From a virus (taxonomy: Duplodnaviria > Caudoviricetes), in IMG/VR virus record IMGVR_UViG_3300048598_000287, positions 64,001 through 128,000 of that record: a stretch of DNA of 64,000 nucleotides. One strand, written 5' to 3'. A model generated the notes under the pieces. It searched no databases, was not told where the DNA came from, and saw nothing but the letters and a program-made list of their open reading frames with translations. Made by a program: the position numbers and the translations under genes. Position 1 is the stretch's first letter. Each line of letters begins with the position of its first letter. Below, piece after piece: positions 8,128 through 18,689 of the stretch.

Positions 8128-11099
8128 CAGAATAGTTCATTCATTATTTCTTCCTGATTTTCTTCTATGTTATCGCCCCATCCTACCGCCTTGAACAGAC
8201 GGCCAAGGATATTAGATACGGTGACTTTCCAGTGGCCTTCCCAATCCGGGGTAAACAATTTAAGAAGACGAGGAGGAACGGTATCTCCGGTATATCCTAT
8301 GGATGATATGCCAAACGGATTTTCGCACACCTTTATGTATTTCATCTTATCGCCGGAGTGAATCGGTTCATATGGATATTTAGAAAGCTCTCGGTCATTC
8401 AATATAAGATAATTCCACACGCTTGCACTCTTACGTCTCCAGTCTATCTTTTTCAACATTTCCTGATCGAAATGTATCATTTCCTCATATGGAGGAGGTT
8501 CTTCCTTTACGCCGGACGGGCAGGATATTTCAGAGAATGCGCCTTCTATTATTTTTTGACAGTATTCATCCTTTATTTCTATCACGCGTTTTCTAAGCGT
8601 GACCTTATCCATTGTATCAAGCATAAGCTCTACCGTTGTCATCATTCTACCCTTTGAGAACATCGTCGTCGAGCTGCGGACTATTTCCAGTCCGGTTATT
8701 GCAAAATGCGGCTTAATATGTAAATCAGGATCCTTCTTGTCTAGATATACGATGTCTTCGTTGCTTTCGGCAACGCAGATGTATTTCTTCTTGGCGGTAA
8801 CGATTGTCTTGTATATGCATTTCTCTCTTTTGAGGAAAAGTTCATTCGTTCTGAAATTAAACTGATTAGCATAGCCAAGCATGTATTCGGCAAGTTTATC
8901 TTCTAGTATGGACGCATCCAGCATACGGCAAAAATCAGTAAGCCGATATCGGTTTAGAATGACCCTATATTTTTTATTGCTTATCATTCCATCATGATAC
9001 ATTATCTGTAGTTTAGAGAATTTAATCGTGCTGTGTTTTATCTCCTGCAATTCCCTATTTTTAGGGTTCGAGTAAACATCATTGCAGTATGTCTTTGCCG
9101 TGTTCGCAAAAAAGGTCTTATACTGAATCTCATCTTCAGACCTAAATTGCTTCCTAGATAATAGCGAATGTCCATCAAATACAACGACTTCTACTGCTTT
9201 CCCCTGATTCTGCTTAAACTCGGCAAAAATGTCGGAGAACTTAGCATAAAATGAATCGGTGTCTCCATGCGACATTCTCTTCTGCAATACATCCCCTGTT
9301 ATGTCATATCCCCATTCGGATGCCGCATCGACATCCTCAAAGTCTACTTTGCTTTCATCCCAGAATATTTCCCCTACATATTCTGGATTTATCTTAGGAG
9401 AGTATCCGAACGTGTTAATGAACCGTTCATCATGCGAAAGATCATGGTTTATATATTCCGCAAGATGCTTGCATGTATATTTTATGAGTCCCTGGCCGAA
9501 TCCTGTGATTGACGCGGCATTGTCAATGTCATAGAACGCGAAATATGGCGTTCCAAGAAGTCCGTAAAGCGAGTTTCCGAGAACTTTGTATACCTTCTGC
9601 ATCATGTCATAGATGTTCATTAGGTAATCGTCGCCGGCCTTTTCCGCCTGTTTCTTCTTTATCTTAAGCTCTGCGCGTCCATTGAAAAGCTTCCGGGTCA
9701 CCTGAGGAACGACGCCTTCTATGTCGTTACGATAGAATACCTGATATTGTCCGTTATGCGTCCATGGAGACCGGATAAGATATTTCTTTTCCTCTGCGGT
9801 AAGCACATAGCCCAGCGGCTTTATCACCTTGGTTTCCGGACTTATGTTAAACGTCATCATGATGGATGGATACAGAGATCGGTAATCGTACGATACTTCC
9901 GTAGTATAAAATCCGGGGACGGAATATACAAATGCGCCAGGATATTCTTCCTTGACGGTTGGGCGGTACACAGGGAATACCTGATGTTGCTTGTGCAGAT
10001 GGTTAAGCACAAATCCGACCATCATCTTTTTAGATTCGAACACTGAGCTTATAGGAACACGCGCTTCAGCCGATGACATAAGGGCCAGATCGAACATCTT
10101 CGTTTCTTCAAACAGAAGACGCAGAAGCTTTACATCCTTGAAGTTATAATATGCATACTGAGGAAAATAATTCTTCCATGAAAGATATCCATCAGGGAGC
10201 GGTTCCTTATGTTCCCCTACAGTTATCTCTCCTATGTAATCAAGCTTATATGACGACTGTTCCGAAAAAGTATATTTCTTATATAGAGCCAGGAAATCCA
10301 TCACTTCCGTGCCGGCTATATGCAGCTCCTTCTTTTTATCGTCAAAATATACATTTTTATACCCATCGGGCATTCTTGACATCAAGTCAAGAGGCACTTT
10401 AAGTTTTTTTGCTCTCCTGACCATGTATTCGGTATCATAGGAAAAGTTCCATCCGGAAAGGATGGATACGTTGTTGACTCCTATGTCACGGAAAACCGAA
10501 GTGAGAAGTTCCGCTTCTGACTGACACTTTACATATGTGCAGTTCTCGGTTTTATATTTTGCCTCGACATCTGCATCGATGTCTCCAGTACCGTACTGGA
10601 TATATCTATTTTCCTTAGTATAATGTATTGCGACTAGGTTTATCGGATATTCAGCCAGCCACGGAACAGGGAACCTTCCTACCGTTGCAACTTCGATATC
10701 TAGGAATCCTATATTTAAATCGCATACATTTGGATGATCTATTTCATATCCGTCATATAGCTGCTGTAAAAAACGGCAGCGCTGGTCTATGTCTATCTCA
10801 TTGAAATGGTTTAACTGTCCCTCATACCTGCCTTTTATCTCACGCTCTTCCTCATTTGATAAATAGAATTCATACACATCATTCCCAAATATGTCTTTCA
10901 TCCCGCATTCGACGGCGCCGAATTCTCCTTTACGGTTAGTGTATGAACGGTGTCTTACCGGTAGTATTTCCTTCTTACCGTCCACATACCACATGAACAT
11001 CTGATCACTTTTCTTGTCGTGGTAGATGCATTCCCACATCGGTTTGGTCTTTGACTGTGTAGCTTCCATTATATCCTCTGAAATATGCATTTCTTGCAT
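8127..11099 (-). CDS. Family B DNA polymerase (T4 gp43-like)
   Basis: ExoI DIEV, ExoII GWNFSYD, ExoIII YNFKD, DYRSLYPS, KVLGNSLYG, HGDTDS, KKKY. Confidence 0.95.
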   Translation of the reverse strand: MQEMHISEDIMEATQSKTKPMWECIYHDKKSDQMFMWYVDGKKEILPVRHRSYTNRKGEFGAVECGMKDIFGNDVYEFYLSNEEEREIKGRYEGQLNHFNEIDIDQRCRFLQQLYDGYEIDHPNVCDLNIGFLDIEVATVGRFPVPWLAEYPINLVAIHYTKENRYIQYGTGDIDADVEAKYKTENCTYVKCQSEAELLTSVFRDIGVNNVSILSGWNFSYDTEYMVRRAKKLKVPLDLMSRMPDGYKNVYFDDKKKELHIAGTEVMDFLALYKKYTFSEQSSYKLDYIGEITVGEHKEPLPDGYLSWKNYFPQYAYYNFKDVKLLRLLFEETKMFDLALMSSAEARVPISSVFESKKMMVGFVLNHLHKQHQVFPVYRPTVKEEYPGAFVYSVPGFYTTEVSYDYRSLYPSIMMTFNISPETKVIKPLGYVLTAEEKKYLIRSPWTHNGQYQVFYRNDIEGVVPQVTRKLFNGRAELKIKKKQAEKAGDDYLMNIYDMMQKVYKVLGNSLYGLLGTPYFAFYDIDNAASITGFGQGLIKYTCKHLAEYINHDLSHDERFINTFGYSPKINPEYVGEIFWDESKVDFEDVDAASEWGYDITGDVLQKRMSHGDTDSFYAKFSDIFAEFKQNQGKAVEVVVFDGHSLLSRKQFRSEDEIQYKTFFANTAKTYCNDVYSNPKNRELQEIKHSTIKFSKLQIMYHDGMISNKKYRVILNRYRLTDFCRMLDASILEDKLAEYMLGYANQFNFRTNELFLKREKCIYKTIVTAKKKYICVAESNEDIVYLDKKDPDLHIKPHFAITGLEIVRSSTTMFSKGRMMTTVELMLDTMDKVTLRKRVIEIKDEYCQKIIEGAFSEISCPSGVKEEPPPYEEMIHFDQEMLKKIDWRRKSASVWNYLILNDRELSKYPYEPIHSGDKMKYIKVCENPFGISSIGYTGDTVPPRLLKLFTPDWEGHWKVTVSNILGRLFKAVGWGDNIEENQEEIMNELF

Positions 11100-11170
11100 A
11101 TCTAATTAATCGCGGAATCCGTTACAAAAAATCCACCAAAATCGATCATGCGACCGCCTTGGCTGATTCT

Positions 11171-11482
11171 CTAGGTTTGTAAACCCTGTAACGGAGCGAC
11201 AACAGTATTTACCTCATATTCTTTTATGATTTCAATTATATGCTCATATCTGATGCCAATAACGCCAGTCTTATTCTTTTGCTCCGAGAAAATCACGCGC
11301 CGGATTTGCACTTTATCACATAGATTATCTAAACATAACCTAGGGTCAAATATGACAACATCTTGCCATGTTCTATATTCAATATCATCATTAGGGATAA
11401 TTGGGTTAACTGGAATTATATGTGATGCAAATAGCGTAGGTTCGGTTTTTTTAATACGGGGGATTTTCATAGAATACACCAA
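11171..11482 (-). CDS. Hypothetical protein
   Basis: ORF in operon context. Confidence 0.5.
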   Translation of the reverse strand: MVYSMKIPRIKKTEPTLFASHIIPVNPIIPNDDIEYRTWQDVVIFDPRLCLDNLCDKVQIRRVIFSEQKNKTGVIGIRYEHIIEIIKEYEVNTVVAPLQGLQT

Positions 11483-11817
11483 GTGATGATTATCTGGATT
11501 AAATGGTACAACTGATCGCGGGTAAGGCTGATAGAATGCTTGTTCGCCTTTTCATCATCTATTGCATAATGGACCGCAGCATTCACCGAAAACATTATGA
11601 AGAACAAGAATGTCACATGATGGCATATAAACAGGGGAAGCATTACGATGAACGTCCATTCCACTGAATGAATGAGCAAGGCAGTTTTATAATCATTGGC
11701 GCATAGTTCTTGCGGGCAATGATTTTTCCACCAGTCCTTGCATTTAAGATTTGCCAGGCAGCCCTGCAAGTGGAAATCTGCTATAATATGCAAAATGATC
11801 ATTATGAAAAGTATCAT
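11467..11817 (-). CDS. DUF3307-like membrane protein
   Basis: HIIADFHLQ...LIH...VHYAID...DQLYH pattern; hydrophobic. Confidence 0.75.
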   Translation of the reverse strand: MILFIMIILHIIADFHLQGCLANLKCKDWWKNHCPQELCANDYKTALLIHSVEWTFIVMLPLFICHHVTFLFFIMFSVNAAVHYAIDDEKANKHSISLTRDQLYHLIQIIITWCIL

Positions 11818-11908
11818 GGTTATCCTTATGAAAAAGCTATTTAGCTTAAATATATTCAGTTTTGCAACTATTCAGACATTTAAAAAACAAATCATCTAAT
11901 TCAGCAGG

Positions 11909-12451
11909 TCATTTTCTAGGAAGAGTCAATATTTCATCATGGATCTGATGAACATATGAATTTCCGCCAAGATTGCAGTAAACATCATAAAGTGCAAGGA
12001 AATTCTGCTTTTGAAAATCAGATATGCCTTCGTTTTTCATGGCTAGGTCATATATTCGGGTAAGCGCGTCTCTTGCCGTGCATAAAGCATGTGCTTTTAA
12101 TAATGCAATATCTGTACTATGGCTTGTATCGGTTTTCTGCATTTCTTTAACTATCTTGTTAAGTTCATCCAGAGCTTTCTTTGTGCACGCTTCTCCTTCC
12201 TGATGGTCCTTCTTTATGTCATCAAGAAGTGAATGCATAGTTTCCGATTCTTTCTTTTGCTCTTTTATGTCGGCGATAGCTTCGCTCACTGATGCGTATA
12301 ATTTTTTCTTTGTCTCGATATCGCTAAACAATCTAACTATGGCCGTTCTAACCGGTTTAACTATCACCGCCAGTACGGTTAATATAGCCGTTACACTACC
12401 AGCAACCGTTCCTGCAAAACTCATAACTGATGATATATCGCCCATCGTCAT
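11909..12451 (-). CDS. Putative holin-like membrane protein
   Basis: Single N-terminal TM helix, coiled coil, C-terminal LY..Y..LGGN motif typical of phage lysis-module proteins; TATAAACAA upstream at 12481-12489. Confidence 0.5.
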   Translation of the reverse strand: MTMGDISSVMSFAGTVAGSVTAILTVLAVIVKPVRTAIVRLFSDIETKKKLYASVSEAIADIKEQKKESETMHSLLDDIKKDHQEGEACTKKALDELNKIVKEMQKTDTSHSTDIALLKAHALCTARDALTRIYDLAMKNEGISDFQKQNFLALYDVYCNLGGNSYVHQIHDEILTLPRK

Positions 12452-12553
12452 CGAACATTCTCACATCTTATTGCCATATATTGTTTATAAGTTTTTGATA
12501 ACAATTAAAACAGATTATTCATGAAAATGCAAAAAATAATAGCCAATTGGCAA

Positions 12554-13216
12554 TCATCTCTGCTTAGGCTTCCTGAACGAATATTTATCGAATCCCTTCG
12601 ATTCCGCTATCACCTTGTCGGATCCTACAGGCATCTCCGGATGCCCGTCATGCGCCAGCTGATTTCCTATGAACATCTGCAGTTCCTGCACTGCCGTATA
12701 AGGATCGATTACTGACGCAAACCCAAGTCGTTTAAGTTCCGGGTTCTTCTCGGCGACAACTGATCCATGAACATCATACCGCATTGCATAGATGGGGGCG
12801 TCCAGCGTGACGAACATGTCCTCGGTAATAGCCTTCATATTAGATACATCCGGCATAACGACCAGCCCGGAGAACAGGTACCTGTAGTATGCGTTGTGGC
12901 ATTCCATGAATTTCGCATAGTCAACATTTATCCATTTGTCATCCATGGCATCCGGCGTCCTGTCAGGAATCTTCTTTATCATATAATAGATCTTACCGCA
13001 GAATCCGACGATAATACGATCATAATCATCTTCTCTACACAGTCCTCGGTATATATTATCATATAGTGTGCACGTCGATTCTTTCTTAAAGATGGACCCG
13101 CCGGCATTAGAAATCAGGATGACATCTTCCGATTTCCTGATATATACTGGATCCTCTGAATAGAATGCCTTCAATGCACCATCATAGTAATCGTGAAATT
13201 TAGAAATCAGTCTCAT
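12554..13216 (-). CDS. Conserved phage hypothetical protein
   Basis: MRLISKFHDYYD...GFDKYSFRK termini; GGAGA RBS. Confidence 0.7.
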   Translation of the reverse strand: MRLISKFHDYYDGALKAFYSEDPVYIRKSEDVILISNAGGSIFKKESTCTLYDNIYRGLCREDDYDRIIVGFCGKIYYMIKKIPDRTPDAMDDKWINVDYAKFMECHNAYYRYLFSGLVVMPDVSNMKAITEDMFVTLDAPIYAMRYDVHGSVVAEKNPELKRLGFASVIDPYTAVQELQMFIGNQLAHDGHPEMPVGSDKVIAESKGFDKYSFRKPKQR

Positions 13217-13419
13217 ATATCAAATCTCCTGTGCATGTCAGCATCCGACATGGTAAATGACCTAATCTCTGCAGCATCGCGTTTCGCATTCCGTTCCATC
13301 ATTTTCGCCAGCTCAGTGACATCGGTCGTAGTTGGCTTAATGACCGCCGAATCTCGTTTAGCATTATGTTCCATCCTGTTAGCAAGAGATGTCAGATAAT
13401 CATCATTATTAATGTCCAT
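13213..13419 (-). CDS. Hypothetical protein with internal repeat
   Basis: LANRMEHNAKRDSA / LAKMMERNAKRDAA duplication; GAGG RBS. Confidence 0.6.
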   Translation of the reverse strand: MDINNDDYLTSLANRMEHNAKRDSAVIKPTTTDVTELAKMMERNAKRDAAEIRSFTMSDADMHRRFDI

Positions 13420-13444
13420 AGTGTATCACCTCAACGTACGGAGC

Positions 13445-13765
13445 CTATTTCTCCACTATTTGATAGTTTACATTTTCGCCGAACTCCCACATTGTATGGA
13501 GTAGATCTATATTATGTTCGGAACAGAATTTTTCCGCCGCTTCATGGTTATCGAATGCGATGAATTCAGATTCGCCTCCTTTTCCAATCCAGGCGTATTG
13601 ATAGTATAGATTATTATCCTCTATAAATCTGCACGTTCTATACGAATCGGGTTCACGATATATACCTAAAATGGCGTGATAATCCGTAGTTGTACAGGGG
13701 AATTCTAATCCATTACTCATCTTCTCTATATAGAAGGCCATAGTATCCTCACTCGATACATTCAC
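13445..13765 (-). CDS. Hypothetical protein
   Basis: GTGA overlap with ligase stop. Confidence 0.6.
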   Translation of the reverse strand: MNVSSEDTMAFYIEKMSNGLEFPCTTTDYHAILGIYREPDSYRTCRFIEDNNLYYQYAWIGKGGESEFIAFDNHEAAEKFCSEHNIDLLHTMWEFGENVNYQIVEK

Positions 13766-14916
13766 CTTTTTTGCAGAAGGTATTCATTCGATACTGCCTT
13801 GAACGAATGCATGCCATCTGTGCTTCTGAAAACGATGCCTTCGCGGATCTTTCCGTCAATTACGGACATTCCATCAGCCATCGTAAGAATTGTATGCGCG
13901 TCATCGGGAATATCTATCTCCCCGAATCCTAATGTAGGAACCCAGGGAATACCGTATTCAGCTAGAATTTTCTTTCCTTCTATGCTTCCATATCGCTTTC
14001 CATCCACGATCAGGTTAAATGCTGCGATATCCTGACCCTGAAGAGAATAAGTCCGTTTCTGCACACCCTTCCCGTATATTTCTCCCTGGATCGTCACATA
14101 CGACTTAGCACCGTGCGACTTAGCTATCCTAGAAAGAACCGAGTTAATCTCATACCGTTTAGAGATATCAGTATACTTTCCTGATGCAGATGGATGAATG
14201 ACCCGGTTTCTACTGCATATGTAATACCGGTCACGTTTAAACAGCGAACCTATTTTAAGGGTGAATGTGGAGCTGGTTCCATCGATTTTCTCCGTTGCTA
14301 TCCACTTTCCATGGTAAATGGCCTTAAGCCTGCCTATGTTTATGTTCTGGCAGCGTTCTTCGTCTGTCTTGATAACCCATGCAGGCCAGGAGAATTCAGG
14401 CTTAGCGAGCTTAGTTGCAACACGGACGGCATGCTGTATGATGGCACGGGTTGCCGAGAATTTCATGAAGAATCTAATAATCGGGACGCTCATAAGTTTC
14501 TTGTTTGCCTTTTTCTCAATGGTCTCCGAGTTTTCCTTTTCCGATGCGTCATCCGAATCATAATAGGTAACGCCAAGAAGTGCGGTGCAATCGGCATCGT
14601 CATCCGTCGGAATAGGCACATCGAAAGCCGTGACAGGCAGAGCAAGACCCTGGGAAATGACGCCGAATTTTCCAAGTTTCATCGTCTTGATTTTGTATTT
14701 CCGGGAAGCAAGGAATTCGCTCCATGGCTTTTCAGGAACCTTCGAGTCTATTTCGAAATACACGCACTGGTCTCCTTTCCTGAATTCACCCTTCTTAGCG
14801 ACGAGTGTCCATGAATTAACCATTACCAGCTCAATATTATCCGCCCCATCGATGGGAAGGACATTGGCTATACGTTCCGTATACGCCAGCATTCGGTTCT
14901 GATTTTTATCAAGCAT
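13762..14916 (-). CDS. RNA ligase, DRB0094-like family
   Basis: N-terminal IDGADNIE...YFEIDS..P, ISQGLALP; motif I TEKIDGTS, QGEIYG, REGIVFR, SFKAVSNEYLL. Confidence 0.9.
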   Translation of the reverse strand: MLDKNQNRMLAYTERIANVLPIDGADNIELVMVNSWTLVAKKGEFRKGDQCVYFEIDSKVPEKPWSEFLASRKYKIKTMKLGKFGVISQGLALPVTAFDVPIPTDDDADCTALLGVTYYDSDDASEKENSETIEKKANKKLMSVPIIRFFMKFSATRAIIQHAVRVATKLAKPEFSWPAWVIKTDEERCQNINIGRLKAIYHGKWIATEKIDGTSSTFTLKIGSLFKRDRYYICSRNRVIHPSASGKYTDISKRYEINSVLSRIAKSHGAKSYVTIQGEIYGKGVQKRTYSLQGQDIAAFNLIVDGKRYGSIEGKKILAEYGIPWVPTLGFGEIDIPDDAHTILTMADGMSVIDGKIREGIVFRSTDGMHSFKAVSNEYLLQKR

Positions 14917-14966
14917 GACATTTCTCCTGTGAGGTAAAATATGAAATCATGAATATGATACCATTG

Positions 14967-15215
14967 CTAATTAAGGTACCGTGTTCCCGTATGTTCCGTT
15001 TGCAGCGACCAATTAGTATATGACATGCAAATCGTTCCTAGTATTAGGGTGCAATCGAAACAGGAATCTTTGTTTTTACGTCTGCCGCCATTTTCATGAA
15101 ACGCGATCCGAGGCGTCCATTCTTTATGATCAGCATTTATGCTGATAGATTTTGTACCTTTATCAAACCATAAGCTGAAGGATCGTTTACCTAGTTTCTG
15201 GATATACATAATCAT
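14967..15215 (-). CDS. Hypothetical protein
   Basis: AAGGAG RBS before ATG 15215. Confidence 0.55.
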   Translation of the reverse strand: MIMYIQKLGKRSFSLWFDKGTKSISINADHKEWTPRIAFHENGGRRKNKDSCFDCTLILGTICMSYTNWSLQTEHTGTRYLN

Positions 15216-15223
15216 TTCTCCTT

Positions 15224-15616
15224 TTAATGAATTAGTGACCATACCGCGCATGTTAGAAACGTGCACATTTTTTTGAAGACTGGAAATCCCTTGTCATCAA
15301 TATACAAATCCGATGTTATCTTCCGTCCATAAAGATGTCCGCATTCTCCCCATTTCTCGCCTACGTTGCCGTTAACGGCATTGAACTCAAGCCCGTAGCT
15401 ATGGCAAAAAGAAATAGCATCAGCAAGATAATTGCCATCAGGATACCATTTCCCCCCGTAATTTTCCCGGCAAGTCCATAGGATTATACTATCGCCCATA
15501 TTTTTGCGGTGCTTCAGCCACCATATCAAGAACCGGTTGGGGCACCCGTTATGCGCCATGGGAAAGGAGCATCCCGTAGCAATAGTTCCGTCAAAGTCAA
15601 CAGCTATTGTAGCCAT
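15224..15616 (-). CDS. HAD-superfamily phosphatase (capless)
   Basis: IAVDFDGTI, LWTCR, RKI, LYIDDK. Confidence 0.85.
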   Translation of the reverse strand: MATIAVDFDGTIATGCSFPMAHNGCPNRFLIWWLKHRKNMGDSIILWTCRENYGGKWYPDGNYLADAISFCHSYGLEFNAVNGNVGEKWGECGHLYGRKITSDLYIDDKGFPVFKKMCTFLTCAVWSLIH

Positions 15617-15617
15617 G

Positions 15618-16400
15618 TCATACCTCTATGATGAAATCATTCTGTGACAGATTATTTAGACTATATGGATGCTCTGTACCGTCAAACCCAGAATAATATC
15701 CATACGGATTGCATAAGATGACCGTATCCTTGTACCGAGACACATGAGCATCATGGGTATGACCGCATATCCAGTATTTCACCCCTGACCAGTCGTAGTT
15801 ACCCGGATAGAAATAGAAATACTTGTTAGCGGCACTCCACTTGTATTCCGGATTTGTATTTATCGTGACTGGTGCGAAATGTGTCATCATTATGTCCGGA
15901 TGCTGAGCCAGGACAGCCCTGAGCTTCCCCTGCTCCTTAACCGTTGCACTGCGGAGATTGCCATAGTTCATATTGGCACCGTCGAACCATTCATGTTTCC
16001 ATCGGAACTCTACCAGAGGATCATCAAAATCAGGATCCCACCACCCAGTACATCCCCCGATCCGGAAAGATCCTAATGGTTCCACCGTGCCGTCAAGCAT
16101 ATGAAGGTTCGTGTGGGATGATGAAAAAGTGCGGACCGCATCTATCTTCCTTTCCGTGGTGCCGATCGTCTTAGCGTCCCAATGCACGCACAGGTCGTGG
16201 TTACCAAGACAGAAGAAACATTGCGGGTATGCGTCTGACGCAGCTGACAACGCGGACTGTATTTCATCGATGGAGTTTCCGAAATCTCCTGCCATCAGTA
16301 TGGCGTCAGCCGGATACTTATCGGCGGAAATAATTTCCTCCGGTGTCTTAACTCCTTTCCAGCTATCTATGTGAATGTCAGACAGAACGCGAAGTTTCAT
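15618..16400 (-). CDS. Calcineurin-like metallophosphoesterase
   Basis: SDIH, AGD, GNHD, THFAP, GHTH. Confidence 0.9.
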   Translation of the reverse strand: MKLRVLSDIHIDSWKGVKTPEEIISADKYPADAILMAGDFGNSIDEIQSALSAASDAYPQCFFCLGNHDLCVHWDAKTIGTTERKIDAVRTFSSSHTNLHMLDGTVEPLGSFRIGGCTGWWDPDFDDPLVEFRWKHEWFDGANMNYGNLRSATVKEQGKLRAVLAQHPDIMMTHFAPVTINTNPEYKWSAANKYFYFYPGNYDWSGVKYWICGHTHDAHVSRYKDTVILCNPYGYYSGFDGTEHPYSLNNLSQNDFIIEV

Positions 16401-16441
16401 AGAAATCCCTTGGTATAATGTTCATATTTATATACTATCTC

Positions 16442-16924
16442 TCATATTTGTAGCATTTTATGAACGATATTGCAATCAGCGGCACATACAATATGGACAT
16501 GCTTGGAGTCAAATCCATACTTTGCTTCGGCGAAAAGGCAAAGCCGTCGAAGTACAGCATCAACGTCCATACCAGTTCTATGAATGAGGGCATCACATGC
16601 TAATCCAGATATGGTAAAATGCCTAGAGTCCCCATATTCCTGAATGTCGAACAGCAATTTACCGCTGATGGTACACAGCAACATACGAGACGAGTTATTA
16701 TCTATACTCGATCCAACAGGGTCAATATACTTCTTTTCAACGCAATTATTAAATAGATTCCTTAGCACATAATCAAAATCTTCATATGTAACTGTATCAA
16801 CATCAACGGCGGTTACTCGATTCTTTTCAAGGTCATCATCAGAAAAAGATGCCGACAGCGCATAGGCTTCTGGATGTATGGACTTATACATCAATATCGC
16901 TTCATCTTTGGTAAATTCAATCAT
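16442..16924 (-). CDS. Hypothetical protein
   Basis: AGGAG RBS, 160 aa. Confidence 0.7.
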   Translation of the reverse strand: MIEFTKDEAILMYKSIHPEAYALSASFSDDDLEKNRVTAVDVDTVTYEDFDYVLRNLFNNCVEKKYIDPVGSSIDNNSSRMLLCTISGKLLFDIQEYGDSRHFTISGLACDALIHRTGMDVDAVLRRLCLFAEAKYGFDSKHVHIVCAADCNIVHKMLQI

Positions 16925-16970
16925 ATCTCTCTCCTATAATAATACCCAAATATAATATATTCTTTTGTTG

Positions 16971-17351
16971 TTACGAACCTATTTTTTCATTACATGATTC
17001 ATATTTTTGAATCGCGGCTTCGGCCATCTTAACTGTCAATGTTAAATGCTGCGGATAATCTCCACATACAACTGCCGACGATACATTACCACGATCTTTA
17101 TATATTGTTATAACGATGAATGACGGGCCCGGATCGCATCCGTTATTCCATCCAGATGAATCACTTTCAGATAGCATATCTTCGCTTACATCCACCGGGA
17201 TAAGTTCAATGTGAACATCGTCATTGAAACGTTCCGATTCCAAAGATTCTGCTATAGACCGAAGTTTGTTCATTGTTCCACATGATTCATTATCAGTAGA
17301 AAATTCATCGCCTCGAAAAGCGCATCGGATCTGACCTTCGTATATTCCCAC
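16971..17351 (-). CDS. Hypothetical protein (start uncertain)
   Basis: 126-aa ORF, GTG start. Confidence 0.55.
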   Translation of the reverse strand: MGIYEGQIRCAFRGDEFSTDNESCGTMNKLRSIAESLESERFNDDVHIELIPVDVSEDMLSESDSSGWNNGCDPGPSFIVITIYKDRGNVSSAVVCGDYPQHLTLTVKMAEAAIQKYESCNEKIGS

Positions 17352-17467
17352 ATTGGACGTGGTAGCATTTACCTCATTTTTTTATCTTTGCATGATGCAC
17401 AATCGGCATCATAAATGTGTTGCTCTTTAACAATTATCATAATTATTTCCTTTTTCAAATATGTTAA

Positions 17468-17944
17468 TCATATTGTTCCTATTATATTCATTTCCGAAGG
17501 TCCGATTTGCTCATATATGGTACCTGATATGAAATCATATATGTACGATGGCTTCCCGGAATCAGCCGCCTTGGTAAGATCATCTTTCGTTCCATGGCTT
17601 TTCATGTCCCATAGAGCTATAATGATATCGGAATCTCTGATGATGTATCCATTACGAATGAAACCTGCCCGGCGTCCATATCTCTTCCAATCCGCTGGAT
17701 ACACTAGCTTAGGAATTCCATTGGCGTCGGCATATTCTTCCCCGATACGGTCTGCTCCGGCTGCTCCTCCAGATACCATAAGGCTCATAGATATGCCACG
17801 CTTATGAAGAATCCACGCTATTGCGCAGAATCCCTTTGCACGGTCATCAAACGACCGAGATCCTACGATGCCTATCTTCATGGCTTTACCTGCATCGGGT
17901 AATGCTCTGCCATTTTTTGCTTCTTCAGAGTTCACTTCAACCAT
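17468..17944 (-). CDS. SLOG-family (DUF2493/YspA-like) protein
   Basis: IVGSRSF, VSGGAAGAD, ADW..YGRRAGFIRN, WDMKSHGT. Confidence 0.85.
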   Translation of the reverse strand: MVEVNSEEAKNGRALPDAGKAMKIGIVGSRSFDDRAKGFCAIAWILHKRGISMSLMVSGGAAGADRIGEEYADANGIPKLVYPADWKRYGRRAGFIRNGYIIRDSDIIIALWDMKSHGTKDDLTKAADSGKPSYIYDFISGTIYEQIGPSEMNIIGTI

Positions 17945-17968
17945 AGCAGCATCCTATTATTAGATATA

Positions 17969-18313
17969 TCAATATCCTTTACATTTCTTCGGTATATAAG
18001 AACTAATGGATTTGAATGTATATTGAAAATTATGGGCGACGTCATCAGCATAAGCTATGCATGCGGCCACATTTTTTGGCGATCTTTCTTTGAGTATGTT
18101 AGCATTTAATGTATTATATCTAACAAGGGTGGTTTCTAACGTGGCATATCTAACGCAATATGCATCATATATAGAGCAACCAATAAAAAGGAGGATTAGC
18201 ATTATCACACTGTCGATTATGCACGTTCCCTCACATATGCCAAATATTATGAGTAGCAGAACAGCGGATGAACCCAGAATGGTAACGATAAGCAATAATA
18301 TATTAATGGACAT
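17969..18313 (-). CDS. Hypothetical membrane protein (2 TM)
   Basis: AGGAGG RBS; two hydrophobic helices. Confidence 0.65.
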   Translation of the reverse strand: MSINILLLIVTILGSSAVLLLIIFGICEGTCIIDSVIMLILLFIGCSIYDAYCVRYATLETTLVRYNTLNANILKERSPKNVAACIAYADDVAHNFQYTFKSISSYIPKKCKGY

Positions 18314-18635
18314 ATGCTGCCTCCTTTTTATGCAACTGATTTATTTTCTTTTTCTCTAATTTTTGCAGTTTCTCATACTTTCTCAACTGCACTACACTCT
18401 CAGAGAAATCTCGGAACAGCTCGGCATTTTTGATGAGATTTGTATACGTGACTTTAGGCAATTTGGCCTTACTCTCAATAAGTACCTTCGACAAATGAGT
18501 TATGCAAGAGCTTCTTATATCGATGATGCGCTGCGATTTACTAATAGAATCCCGCAGATTCTCCAATATAGAAGGGGGTTTCTTTAACGATGATACGCAA
18601 ATCTTTCTTGCTTCTTCAATCGTCAATTCAGCCAT
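18303..18635 (-). CDS. Hypothetical protein, MAELTIEEARK-leader family
   Basis: AAGGAGGCC RBS and N-terminus shared with the 19279 and 21181 genes. Confidence 0.7.
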   Translation of the reverse strand: MAELTIEEARKICVSSLKKPPSILENLRDSISKSQRIIDIRSSCITHLSKVLIESKAKLPKVTYTNLIKNAELFRDFSESVVQLRKYEKLQKLEKKKINQLHKKEAAYVH

Positions 18636-18689
18636 GTCTGGCCTCCTTATATTATTTAATAATTCAATCATATTATTCATACCGTTATA

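Noticed and set aside
17352-17410. Possible frameshift at an A7 run extending ORF 16971-17351 upstream
   Set aside because: No homology evidence available, and the GTG start is an adequate explanation.
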